Origin: a virus
Virus record (IMG/VR): IMGVR_UViG_3300027901_000001
Direction: 5' to 3' (one strand)
Length of the DNA: 64,000 nucleotides
Shown piece by piece: positions 27,242-37,016 of this stretch. The position numbers were made by a program, and so were the translations under genes. The notes beneath the pieces were generated by a model. It worked only from the letters and a program-made list of their open reading frames with translations, searched no databases and was not told where the DNA came from. Each line of letters starts with the position of its first letter. Position 1 is the stretch's first letter.

Positions 27242-27465
27242 AGCTACTTATGACACAACAGGTCACCACCGACGGCCCCGACGATGGCGATCCGGGGCCG
27301 CCCCTGAAGTCGGCCGCTGAGGTCATGGAGGAGTCGATGGTCACCAATACCAAACACCTGGCGGAGGTGATCAATCGGCTACCCGATCCGGCCAAGCGCG
27401 CTAAGTGGTACCAGGAATACGTCGAACAGCTCCAGGAGCTGGAAGACAAGATAGTAGGAGGCTGA
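27238..27465 (+). CDS. Hypothetical protein
   Basis: ATGA overlap. Confidence 0.55.
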   Translation: MKLLMTQQVTTDGPDDGDPGPPLKSAAEVMEESMVTNTKHLAEVINRLPDPAKRAKWYQEYVEQLQELEDKIVGG

Positions 27466-27479
27466 ACAAAAGCTAGCCA

Positions 27480-28613
27480 CTACCTTTTCATTTTCGGAAA
27501 AATCCGGCCCTTATGGGTCTCGAACTCCATCGACTTCTGCTTCTTAATCAGCGCCAGCATCTGGTCCTTGGTTGCATCGCCGAATCGTTCGACCACTCGG
27601 GTCAACCAGTCGATCACGCGCAAGGCAGCCTTTGAAGGTTTCTTACCCCAAATCGCCCTCCCGACATCCCTCTCCATGTCGTGATTAGGCGACCCGCTGA
27701 TGGCTGCCAGGTTAACCCGACCGATGCCTTGCTCCAACACCAACACGGCCTCCCGATCGTACCATCCCTGTCCGAACTTGTAGTTCCTGAATGCCGCCTC
27801 CGTCCCGGCCACGTCCGGCATCCTATGATGCCAATATGCTTTCTCCCCCTTCTCCTTCCGGAACTGCTGGTACTGGGCCTCGAATCCCTTTTCCCGCTCC
27901 ACATGATAGTCGCATAACGCCGGAACCAGCGCTTTGGTGATCAGTTTTTTGTACCGCTCCCACGTGTGTTTCCAGTCCTCCTTCTGCCCCAGAAAGATAT
28001 CTTTCTCAGGCATCATCCGCTGCACAACGCCCTTCTGAGCCGGAGACAGAGCACGGCCGTTTTCTAGTTGTCGGATGAAGTCCACCAAGATGTCCTTCCC
28101 CTCCCAGCCGGGGATCGACTTTATCATCTCGATGTCAGGCTCATTCTTCCGAACCGCCGCCTGGCGCTCCTTTTCAACATCCACCACGATGGTGGGAATC
28201 TTCTTACGCTCGAACTCCACCTTCGTGCCGCCCCAGTCGACCTCATGGCCGTACTGCCCCTGCTTGGGCTTGGCCTGGCTGATCTTGAGCCGCCCCTTGG
28301 CCACGACACCGCCATTGTCAACCACGAAAACGTCGCCGTAATACCGAACCTTGCTGACATCGCGCCGCCCGTATCGCTTGTCCGAGACGATATTCGTAAT
28401 GGCGTGTCCTCGGTATCCATGTCTGCGAGCCCATGCCTCTGCTGACCGATCCCGGTAGCCAGGACTGGAAATCCTATTGAGCAGAAACCGCGCCTGCCGG
28501 TCGCTTTTCCATAAACCGTTGTTGTACCGGGCCAGGCTGCTTAGCGACCGGAAGGTATCGCTGATGTCGGTCGGTCCGGCAAGGGCCTCCTGGAGCTGTT
28601 CGGAAATCAGCAT
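27480..28613 (-). CDS. Leader-family protein
   Basis: Starts MLISEQLQEAL. Confidence 0.75.
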   Translation of the reverse strand: MLISEQLQEALAGPTDISDTFRSLSSLARYNNGLWKSDRQARFLLNRISSPGYRDRSAEAWARRHGYRGHAITNIVSDKRYGRRDVSKVRYYGDVFVVDNGGVVAKGRLKISQAKPKQGQYGHEVDWGGTKVEFERKKIPTIVVDVEKERQAAVRKNEPDIEMIKSIPGWEGKDILVDFIRQLENGRALSPAQKGVVQRMMPEKDIFLGQKEDWKHTWERYKKLITKALVPALCDYHVEREKGFEAQYQQFRKEKGEKAYWHHRMPDVAGTEAAFRNYKFGQGWYDREAVLVLEQGIGRVNLAAISGSPNHDMERDVGRAIWGKKPSKAALRVIDWLTRVVERFGDATKDQMLALIKKQKSMEFETHKGRIFPKMKR

Positions 28614-29362
28614 CAGCCTTCTCCGGTCCCTAATTCCCTCACAATCTCAACATATAGACCATACAAACGCTGAAGAAATTTGCGCTTGTATTTCTTATTG
28701 AGACCAGCCACGAAATCCTGGTCAAAGAACGTCTGGTCGCCACCAATACGTTTCTCGAAAACTTTGAAGCTCTTGAGATACCGGGCCAAACTGCCGCGCT
28801 GTATGGGTTCGGCCTGCGTCGCCACGTTACGGAGAAAACTCAGGGCCTCTCCAGCGCCCATCTGATAGAAGGCGTTGAACTCCTGGGGGCTATTGTAATA
28901 CGCCGAATAACCCTTTTTCTGTAGCAACTCTGCCGGTGCTGCCGGTGGCTTTCCCTTAAAACGATGACTGTCCAGGTAATGAATAAACTCGTGCACGAAG
29001 GCGTCGCGTCGCACCGTTATCCTGGTGGATATGTGCTTAGTATCGTATGGTCCTATCAACACCGGCAACACCATCACTTGCCCTTTGCCACCACTCCGAG
29101 GACTCCCCATTCCTGCCGTATAGCTGCTGGGCGCAAGCACAATAAAAAGATCCGGATACGTGCGCGTCGTGTGTAGATGTTTAGGGAAGATAACAAAGCC
29201 TTGAAACTGTTTGTGCTTCGGCAACTGGTGTAGGGTTTCCGCATTCTTTTTGACGTAGGTGCTCAGCAGCTTCCAGTAATCCAGCGCCTCCTGCCGGTAG
29301 ATGCGGTCCACCTTCTCGGTAGCCTCGGTCACCGCCGTCTGTAGTTGATCCGCAAGCATCAC
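28613..29362 (-). CDS. Leader-family zincin-like metallopeptidase
   Basis: MMLADQLQTAVTEA; FVHEFIHYLD...YYNSPQEFNAF. Confidence 0.75.
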   Translation of the reverse strand: MMLADQLQTAVTEATEKVDRIYRQEALDYWKLLSTYVKKNAETLHQLPKHKQFQGFVIFPKHLHTTRTYPDLFIVLAPSSYTAGMGSPRSGGKGQVMVLPVLIGPYDTKHISTRITVRRDAFVHEFIHYLDSHRFKGKPPAAPAELLQKKGYSAYYNSPQEFNAFYQMGAGEALSFLRNVATQAEPIQRGSLARYLKSFKVFEKRIGGDQTFFDQDFVAGLNKKYKRKFLQRLYGLYVEIVRELGTGEG

Positions 29363-30171
29363 ATCATCGCCAATATCCCGCTACCGCGCTCCCACGAGGC
29401 GGTGCCACTCACAATAGACGCAAGCCGCTTTCCTTCACGCCTGATCCTCTCCCATTCACCGTCCGGCAGGTGGTAGCTCACGAATTTTCCACGCGGAATC
29501 GACCGCTTGATCGGCAAACGATGAAGCGCCTGGTTGTCCGACAGCACCAAGTAAAAATTCTTGTTTTCCAGCCACGGTTTCGGCGCACCCGACAAAAAAG
29601 CGAACACCCTCTTCCAGGCTTTTTCCTCGACCGGAAGAACGGTCTTCTTTCCATCCCTGTGGTCGATGAGCACGGCCACCACTTCCTTGGTCTTTCTTGT
29701 CCTCAGCTCAGTAGTGGCGGGAAGCTCCTCTCGGGCGGTAACATAGAACCCTCTTCCTAAAGCATTGATGCGCCGCCTTTCGGCCTCGAAATACAGGCCA
29801 TGAGCGCCGCCCAATTCTTTCATCCCCTTCTCGATGAGCTTGACGTGGATCATCTCGTGAGCCAGCCGATTCATAAACTGTTCACGGGTTAGATGATAGA
29901 ATTTTGAGAACTCTATACTGTGTATCTTCACGGTTTCCGGCCGACCCCGGATACCTCTCGAACGTACACGTGCCAACGTGCTCTTCCGGTTGTTCCACCG
30001 CATCGGATATTCGCCCAGCTCGTTGTCGAACAGCAGCCGGTTGAGCTTGCGGTACTCGGTCTTCAAGTCGATGGTGGCTGGATCGATCGGGTCGCCCGGC
30101 TCCGGCATTTTCGCGGGCACACCGACGTTGCCCTGGTCCCGCAACGCTTCCTGAAGCTGGGCCGAAATCAT
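29359..30171 (-). CDS. Leader-family SprT-like metalloprotease
   Basis: MISAQLQEAL; YRKLNRLLFDNEL..RWNNR..LAHEMIHV..AHGLYF. Confidence 0.85.
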   Translation of the reverse strand: MISAQLQEALRDQGNVGVPAKMPEPGDPIDPATIDLKTEYRKLNRLLFDNELGEYPMRWNNRKSTLARVRSRGIRGRPETVKIHSIEFSKFYHLTREQFMNRLAHEMIHVKLIEKGMKELGGAHGLYFEAERRRINALGRGFYVTAREELPATTELRTRKTKEVVAVLIDHRDGKKTVLPVEEKAWKRVFAFLSGAPKPWLENKNFYLVLSDNQALHRLPIKRSIPRGKFVSYHLPDGEWERIRREGKRLASIVSGTASWERGSGILAMM

Positions 30172-30183
30172 GGCCCCAGGATA

Positions 30184-30738
30184 TCACCTGCGACGATCTG
30201 GCCCAAATCCTATGGGTCCCGGCCCCGGCCCCGGATTGATGGGTTTGTTGGCGCTGAACCCGATGGGACCCGGCCCTATCTGGGGCGGCTGCTGGGGCGG
30301 TGCGAACCCGATAGGCCCCGGACCAACCTGCGGAGGCTGCTGGGGTGCGGGCTGCCGCTGTGGAGGAGGTTGCGGTGCCATATGCGCGGAGGCGGCGCGG
30401 TCCTTCGCCACGCCAGCTCGCAACACGTCGAGTCCGAGCGTCGCACCCAGAGCATCGGCTTCCTTATTCTGGCCGGGCGCGCTTCTTCCACCAATACGGC
30501 CGCCGCCGCTCTCGGTCAGAGCCGCACTGAAGCTGCCTCTCTTGCCGCCGCCTTGGGCCTCCCGAATAACTATCCCAAAGAGGGTGTCCGATATCCACCG
30601 CAAGGTCTTCTCCGGGTCACCCTCGGTGAATATCTCGAAGAGCTTGAGCGTGCGCGCCGGTATCTCGACCTCTTCGTGCTTGGTCGCCTGCTTGCCGTGC
30701 TCGTAGTCCTTGGCGACGATTTTTATTTCAACGTGCAT
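30184..30738 (-). CDS. Protein with Pro/Gln-rich GPGPIGF repeats
   Basis: Three GPGPIGF units at the C-terminus. Confidence 0.6.
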   Translation of the reverse strand: MHVEIKIVAKDYEHGKQATKHEEVEIPARTLKLFEIFTEGDPEKTLRWISDTLFGIVIREAQGGGKRGSFSAALTESGGGRIGGRSAPGQNKEADALGATLGLDVLRAGVAKDRAASAHMAPQPPPQRQPAPQQPPQVGPGPIGFAPPQQPPQIGPGPIGFSANKPINPGPGPGPIGFGPDRRR

Positions 30739-30748
30739 GATGCCTCCC

Positions 30749-30762
30749 GGCAGTCGACTGCC
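30749..30762. repeat. 14-bp palindrome, copy 5
   Basis: Directly between a TGA and the next RBS on the minus strand. Confidence 0.95.
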
Positions 30763-31185
30763 TCACGTTTTATTCAGGAGCCCTTCTCGCACCAGGCGCG
30801 CACGGTCCTCCCGGCGGATCGACCGAGCCGTGAGGGTAAAGACATCACCGCCCTTGCCGATCTTGAGAATTCTAGTGTACCGACGATAGCGGACAATGAC
30901 AGCAGAGGATTTCGGAAACTTGCTCGCCAGCCACTTGGCAAACGGTCCAAAAGGGTCCGGGTCACCGAGCCCGCGCTTCTTGCGGAACTGGGGGGGCACA
31001 AGACGTTCGGGGATGGGCTCGTCCAGGACATAAACGGGCGTACCACGGTCTGTCTCTGCGACGGCTGAGAGGGTGGTTGACTCTTCGTTCGTCTCCACAT
31101 CCAACGCCGCCGCTCTTCCCTTATATCGTATCGGGCTGTTCACGCGGCGCATTGTACCCCTCATCCCGCAGCCGCGACACTTCAT
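30763..31185 (-). CDS. Hypothetical protein with N-terminal CxxC
   Basis: MKCRGCG; GGAGG RBS. Confidence 0.55.
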   Translation of the reverse strand: MKCRGCGMRGTMRRVNSPIRYKGRAAALDVETNEESTTLSAVAETDRGTPVYVLDEPIPERLVPPQFRKKRGLGDPDPFGPFAKWLASKFPKSSAVIVRYRRYTRILKIGKGGDVFTLTARSIRREDRARLVREGLLNKT

Positions 31186-31519
31186 CCTCCGACAACGGCC
31201 TCAACCCGTTCATCCGGTAGAACTCCTCCGGGGTTTTGGGGGAGCGTAGCCCATTGACCGTCGGCGGCAGGCGCTCCAATGTCATCAACCCGAGCACTAG
31301 GCACTTAAAGATGACCTCCTTCACGGAACCCATCTGGTGACGACTCTGCACCTCGACCAGGCGATTTCTCAAGCGGTACGGAATTCGTAAGCCGTTGGTG
31401 ACACCGGCGGTAGACGGTGTAGGAATTGGCAACCGCTCCAGCACGTTGCGTATTTCGTCGAATCTCCCTCTAGTCAATCGTTGCCTGGCCTCGATTGCAC
31501 TGAGAAAAGACATCGGCAC
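31121..31519 (-). CDS. Ribbon-helix-helix-like hypothetical protein
   Basis: LRIPYRLRNRL...SVKEVIFKCL. Confidence 0.4.
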   Translation of the reverse strand: MPMSFLSAIEARQRLTRGRFDEIRNVLERLPIPTPSTAGVTNGLRIPYRLRNRLVEVQSRHQMGSVKEVIFKCLVLGLMTLERLPPTVNGLRSPKTPEEFYRMNGLRPLSEDEVSRLRDEGYNAPREQPDTI

Positions 31520-31525
31520 CTCCCA

Positions 31526-31684
31526 TCAACGCGCTGCGCGCTTTTCCAAAGCACCTCGTATCCGTTGCCACCGATCGGTGCTGTCCAGCAGACCATCTTC
31601 GACCACCGGCTTCCTACTGCGCACGACCATCACACCCACGCTTAAAGCCACCATCACCGCTAGCAACCACCACACAAAACCCAC
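31526..31684 (-). CDS. Small membrane protein
   Basis: Hand translation MGFVWWLLAVMVALSVGVMVVRSRK...; AGGA RBS. Confidence 0.45.
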   Translation of the reverse strand: MGFVWWLLAVMVALSVGVMVVRSRKPVVEDGLLDSTDRWQRIRGALEKRAAR

Positions 31685-31805
31685 CTTTTCCTACAGGCGC
31701 GTCTTGAGTAACGCAAAGTAGTGTATGCCTATGGATATACACTACCTCTAGTGTCATTTCCAGCCGAATTTTACCCTAGTGGCACAAGATGTCCCCAGGG
31801 ACGGA

Positions 31806-32066
31806 CTACCAGCCCCGGACCTTCACCACCAAGTCGGCGATACGAGAAGCACAGACCACGTACAGGGTGCGCTTGCCATCTTCCCGTACCACGTGGAGAT
31901 TATTGGCTTTATCGACGATACTGAACGCTTCCAGCATCTGCTCCTTGGGATACGGCGGCAGCGTAACTTCCTCCCCGAATACGACTGTATGTATGTACCA
32001 CTGAGCAACGTTTCCGTTGATTTCCTTGGCCTCCTGGAGGCTCATTCTGGATCGTTCTTCAGGCAT
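31806..32066 (-). CDS. Hypothetical protein
   Basis: Coupled ORF. Confidence 0.45.
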   Translation of the reverse strand: MPEERSRMSLQEAKEINGNVAQWYIHTVVFGEEVTLPPYPKEQMLEAFSIVDKANNLHVVREDGKRTLYVVCASRIADLVVKVRGW

Positions 32067-32838
32067 ACAGGCCCTTTTCCAGGTTGAACTTCTTGATGAC
32101 CGCCCGCGCCTCCTGGTAAGTCTTCTCCGCGTTGAATATCCCACAGCCCCAACAGAAGCCCTCCCGGTCTAACAATTGCGGATGGCCGCCACAATCCTCA
32201 TACTCTAGGATGAGCAGGATGGCCTCCGATTGATTGAGCAGCTCATACCAGCCATCTGCGGCCCGTAGAGGCACCTCGTCGGCGTCCCTGGGCTCACAGG
32301 CACCACAGACCCCATCCTGGCGTCGGCCGCGCCACAAACGCCCCCTATAGGACCCCGGCAGCAGGTTGAAGTGCCGCTTACAGAACGGCAGTTCAGGATG
32401 GCAGTCGACTGCCTCACACCCCCTGGCATGGCAACGGTGAACTGGCCACGCCTGCGGAGCTTCGGCCTTCGCGGCCCTCCTCTCCGTTTTCAGCGGCGTC
32501 CCCGTTCTCCTGTACTGCCTCATCAAGCGAGCATGAGCGGCCTCAACCTTTGCCAAGGAGGTCCCCTCTATCTCGATCAAATTCGCCGCCAGCCACTTCC
32601 TTATCCTTCCCCCTATAACGGCACTCCAGGCGTTATGATGATGGGGCTCTCCTACAACAGACTGAATAGCGGTTCGGATATCCTCCCCCGTAAAAACTTC
32701 TCCTTCCGGGGTTTCACTAAACCAACCATCTATCTCAGCTTGCGCCGTATATTTCCACTCCCCGGCGTTCTCCGCGACACGCTCCATTCCCCTGTCGCGC
32801 AGCTCTTCTCCGTTCGTCCGATCATCATCATCACACAT
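32059..32838 (-). CDS. Two-domain Cys-rich hypothetical protein
   Basis: CHARGC..FCKRH; CWGCG. Confidence 0.65.
   Translation of the reverse strand: MCDDDDRTNGEELRDRGMERVAENAGEWKYTAQAEIDGWFSETPEGEVFTGEDIRTAIQSVVGEPHHHNAWSAVIGGRIRKWLAANLIEIEGTSLAKVEAAHARLMRQYRRTGTPLKTERRAAKAEAPQAWPVHRCHARGCEAVDCHPELPFCKRHFNLLPGSYRGRLWRGRRQDGVCGACEPRDADEVPLRAADGWYELLNQSEAILLILEYEDCGGHPQLLDREGFCWGCGIFNAEKTYQEARAVIKKFNLEKGLYA
32400..32413. repeat. 14-bp palindrome, copy 6
   Basis: Inside a CDS, read as AVDC. Confidence 0.95.
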
Positions 32839-32850
32839 AACAGCGGTGGC

Positions 32851-33612
32851 TCACTTATCCCAGCCGCGCAGCTTGGCCTCGCCATCATCTGGGTCCTCCG
32901 GCTCAAGAGACTCGGCATCTTTTTCTGGCTCGCCTGCGGGCTCGGGGACATCATCTGCGGGCTGCGGAGCTTCTTCGGTCACAAGCGTTCCTATCACGTT
33001 CCCGTCCGCATCCTTCACGAAATGCCACCATCCCTCAACACCCATCCTGCTCCGCGCCTTTGTTTCCCTTTCGACTATCTCAGCCTCTTCTTTGGACAAA
33101 AACACGACCGGCTTGCCATCGTGCCTACCGGCCGCAAAAGGAACCTCTATCCTGAAATAGCGTTTCTCCGGCCTCATTCCTTCCTCAGAATGCGTGGCCA
33201 TCACGCGCCGTTGAAAATCGAGATACCTGGATAACAGCCGCTCCTCCCGCAACGTCGGGTCAAACCATCTGCGATACCGGTTCGGCAAAGGAACTCCACG
33301 CAAAGGGGGCTCGACCCGACGCAGAAATCGTTTCACCCCCCATATCAAATCCTCCACGTACGCTTCTTGCGCCCGCTTCTTCAGCCTGAAAAACATCCGC
33401 GCCCGGCGCTCCCAGAACCAGTGAAACAAATGCTTTTTCAGGATGGAAATAATCTGCTGCGTGTCGACTCCCGCATCCCCTTCCTGCTGAAGGGAATCCA
33501 GTAGCTCCGTGAATCTCTCGCTGGCTTCTCGCCTCGTATCCGACGAAAAAGGGGACTCCATTAGTTTTTGGAGTATGCCGATCAAATCGTCCAAACGTTC
33601 TCTTGAATCCAC
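32851..33612 (-). CDS. Hypothetical protein with acidic tail
   Basis: GGAG RBS, long ORF. Confidence 0.6.
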   Translation of the reverse strand: MDSRERLDDLIGILQKLMESPFSSDTRREASERFTELLDSLQQEGDAGVDTQQIISILKKHLFHWFWERRARMFFRLKKRAQEAYVEDLIWGVKRFLRRVEPPLRGVPLPNRYRRWFDPTLREERLLSRYLDFQRRVMATHSEEGMRPEKRYFRIEVPFAAGRHDGKPVVFLSKEEAEIVERETKARSRMGVEGWWHFVKDADGNVIGTLVTEEAPQPADDVPEPAGEPEKDAESLEPEDPDDGEAKLRGWDK

Positions 33613-33623
33613 GTTTCCTTCTC

Positions 33624-35547
33624 CTAGTGATAATCCTCGTCCTCTCCCATGTGCAGCACCGGGTCATGCTCACCGTCAATCTCTTCCGGCAGCTCCCCCT
33701 CCACGCGCCTAAGAAGGCCGTCCACGTCTCTCAAATCGGCATTCCTTCTGAACGGCACGCCCGCCCTGTCGCCATCATCAGGCTGGAGTGGATCGAAATG
33801 AAGCGATGGCTCACGCGGTGCCAGCACCACGTCCTTTGTCCATTTCCATATCAGATACCGCTTCAGCCAGTAAAACGGCGACAGCCAGCGCAAAACCGTC
33901 ATCAGTGCACCTGCTTCTCTTCCGGCGCGGGCACCACGCCGTGCTCCTTGGGCGGCACGCGGGCGAACTTGATCAGCCTGCCCAGCGCCAGGGGCTCGCC
34001 GCAGTTCGGGCACGGATCGCCAACCTTGCTCTTGCCGCGCTGCTCCTCGGTGGGCTCGCACTCCTCGGCCAAGCACACCACGTCGAAGTGCCCGCACACG
34101 CGGCCCCAGCCGTCCGGGTAGCGCCCGGCCAGGCCGTTGAGCAGCCCCATGACCCGGACGCCCCACTTGCGCTCGCCCTGCTGGTACTCCTCCGGCAGCT
34201 CGCGCACCTGCACGGACGGGTGATCGGCCAGCGCCTTGTTGCACGGAACGTGCGTCCCGAACACCAGCTCCACGGTCGCATCGTAGTCCAGCGCCAGCAT
34301 CTCGTTGAGCAGCCCTACCATCCGATCGGCCAGGACCTCCTCCAGCATCTCATGGGCCGCCGCAATACTCTTTTTGGTAACGGTCATTTGCACGCCTTCT
34401 TGAGGTCTTTTAGAGCCGCCGCGATGTCCTCCAGCGCCTCAGCCTGTTTTTGCTGGGCTTTCACCATCTGCTGCCGCTGCTGACACTCGCTGAATTCCGT
34501 AGCCTTCCCGCGATTCTCGACCACCGCCACCACCACACACATCACGATAAACGTCACCAGCCAGCCCAGAATCATAGGGGGGAGGAAACGCACCCACTCT
34601 TTTAGAAAATCTCCCATTTAACCCTCCTGGCCTTCCGGCTGAGGCTCGGACTCGGCCTCTTCCTTTGGCGGTGGAAACGGCCGAATCTCATCGACCATTT
34701 CCAGCAGCTCGGTCTCTTGGAACAGCACACCGTCCGAAGCGTAGATGTTGGCCATCGCGTCCAGACGAAACGGCAACCGCATGGGCTTCCCGATCCGCAG
34801 GGTGAAGACACGGGACTTTTGCTCCACCTTGGGCGCGAACAGCACCACCTCGACCGTCCGGGCGTTCTGGAGCAAGTCGAACAGCATCGGCTGTTCTATC
34901 CGCTGCCCGGTCCACACCTCCAGGCCAAGCGGTGTAAACCGCATCCCGCAGTGCTCCGCGCCGACCTCTAGCGACTGGAAACCACGTTCACCCAGGTCCA
35001 GCGGCGGCCCATCCTTGGTGTAGAGCTGCCAGAACCGAGCGTGAAACCGGAATCCGAATAAGAATTCGTGTGGAACTGGTACCGCCATTTTCTCCTTCTC
35101 CTTCTCCAATGGGTCCGCGTACGCGGCCCGGTTATCCGCAACAGCCGGTCGCCGTGGGCTTCCCGGTCTGATTCCCCTTCAGGCGGCTCATGGCAATCGC
35201 TGGCTGCTCCTTTTTCCAGCACTTCGGACAGACGGCCACGGCATTCGCCTCGTTCTCTCTCCGGCGCGTCATCCAGTGCCATCCTTCCGGGAGGGTCGTG
35301 CGCGGTCGCTGACCCTCAACCTCTTCTGACCATTCGCAGAAATAACAGACGTGGACGTGCTTGTGCATGGCTTTCCCTCAGCCTCCCACGACACTTTATC
35401 ACGAGGAGGTGGCGGTTCGATATGGGCCGTCCGGAGCCTGAAAAGGAGCTGATCCACTGACTTACTGCTGCCCCGCCACTGGCACACCACCTGGATAAGC
35501 TGCCGCCGGGCAGCCCGGATCACTTCCTTGTCACGCTCTATCGACAT
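33624..35547 (-). other. Run of six small hypothetical ORFs (33624-33902, 33902-34393, 34384-34617, 34618-35109, 35132-35368, 35269-35547)
   Basis: Coupled ORFs, some with CxxC motifs or TM helices; exact starts uncertain. Confidence 0.55.
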
Positions 35548-36650
35548 GGATACTCATCCCAAATTCGTCCGTCCAACTCGCGCCCGGCCGCCTTCTTGCC
35601 GGTACGCCTCATCCAATGCAATCCACCGCCATAGAACTCGTATTTCTTCCCGTTCGCCTTGATAAACGTGTTCTTCCCGTACGGCTGCGCCGTCGGCAAC
35701 GGCATGTCGACGGTCACGTTCTCGGCTACTTCTTCGACGCCGACATGCGGCTTCCACTCGCCCCATTGCTTGAAGAGAAATGGTATCCCGGCGTGCTGGC
35801 ACTGGTCCCGGAGCGTGCGTACCCAATTCAGACTCATCGGCCGCCCCTTATGCCCGGATTCGCCACCAACCACTACCCAGCCCAGCTTCGGCCCCAACTC
35901 CTCCGCCATCACGCCGCCGTGATCACGCGGTGCGTACTCGCCGTTCAAGTACTCGTCCGGTATCAGAATCGCCCCGAGCAGCGGCTCGAAGCTGACCCAG
36001 TGCACCGCCGCCGGAACCGTCAACAGCGTCTCCACGCGGTCCATCGTACTGTCGTCCTCGACGCTGACTCCGAGCCAGACGTGCGGCAGCGGCCACCCCT
36101 TCGAGAGGTACCCGAACCCCATTCGGTTGATCGCCTTGTTGATCCGATCGGAGTGCTTCCGCGAATAGCTGTCCACGATGCAGGCCGCATGATGGGCGAT
36201 AGACGGGACCTTGTGCCGTCCCTGCATATCGTTCTCGGCCCATTCAAACCATTCCTTCATGCGGTCCGGTCGTTTTGTCAGCACCTGAAAGATGTGCTGT
36301 CGGCAAACCGCCATTATCCCGAACACGGCCGCGATGAACTCGTAGGGCACGTCCGGATGGAACAGGTCGCTCATAGAATTCACGAACACCTTGCACGGCT
36401 TCTTCCACTCCATCGGCCGGTGCAGCATCCCGTGGATCGGCCGCGCCTCTCCAACCCACTTCGGACCGTCCGGCGTCATCCGGGTCAGCCCCTCGTACCT
36501 GCCGCCCGGCTTGTCGAACCTGTGCGCGAAGGCTGCGGCGTAACAGTTCTTGCAACCCGCGCTCACGTGCGCGCACCCTCTGACCGGGTTCCAGACTTTA
36601 CCCGGAGAGCCGTCCTCACCTCGCGTCCACTCAATTTTTGTCGTACTCAT
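35538..36650 (-). CDS. Phage Gp37/Gp68 (DUF5131) family protein
   Basis: TKIEWT..WNPVRGC..SAGCKNCYA..FVNSMSDLFH..VSFEPLLG..VVVGGESG..FLFKQWG. Confidence 0.92.
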   Translation of the reverse strand: MSTTKIEWTRGEDGSPGKVWNPVRGCAHVSAGCKNCYAAAFAHRFDKPGGRYEGLTRMTPDGPKWVGEARPIHGMLHRPMEWKKPCKVFVNSMSDLFHPDVPYEFIAAVFGIMAVCRQHIFQVLTKRPDRMKEWFEWAENDMQGRHKVPSIAHHAACIVDSYSRKHSDRINKAINRMGFGYLSKGWPLPHVWLGVSVEDDSTMDRVETLLTVPAAVHWVSFEPLLGAILIPDEYLNGEYAPRDHGGVMAEELGPKLGWVVVGGESGHKGRPMSLNWVRTLRDQCQHAGIPFLFKQWGEWKPHVGVEEVAENVTVDMPLPTAQPYGKNTFIKANGKKYEFYGGGLHWMRRTGKKAAGRELDGRIWDEYPCR

Positions 36651-36662
36651 GCTACCCTTTCC

Positions 36663-37010
36663 CTAATAGTCCCTTCCACGCCTCCCGTTCCGGCGACCCC
36701 TATCGTTTCGGCCACCGCTATCCCATCCACCGCCCCGGCGCGGCCCGGTGCCCCGGCCTCGCTCCTCGCGCTCCCGCGCCTCGTTCACCCGGAGCGGGCG
36801 GCCATCCAGCTCGAAGCCGTCGAGCTTCTCCTGGGCGATGCGAGCTTCCTCAGTAGAGGACATGGTGACGAATCCGAAGCCCCTGGACCGACCAGTCTCG
36901 CGGTCCGTAACAATCTTGGCGTCGAGCACATCGCCATACTGCCTGAAGCAATCCGCAAGCGCGTCCTCGCTGGTGTCCCAGCTTATGTTACCCACGTACA
37001 ATTTCGCCAT
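36663..37010 (-). CDS. RRM RNA-binding protein with RGG tail
   Basis: RNP2 LYVGNI, RNP1 RGFGFV. Confidence 0.95.
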   Translation of the reverse strand: MAKLYVGNISWDTSEDALADCFRQYGDVLDAKIVTDRETGRSRGFGFVTMSSTEEARIAQEKLDGFELDGRPLRVNEAREREERGRGTGPRRGGGWDSGGRNDRGRRNGRRGRDY

Positions 37011-37016
37011 TCTCGC

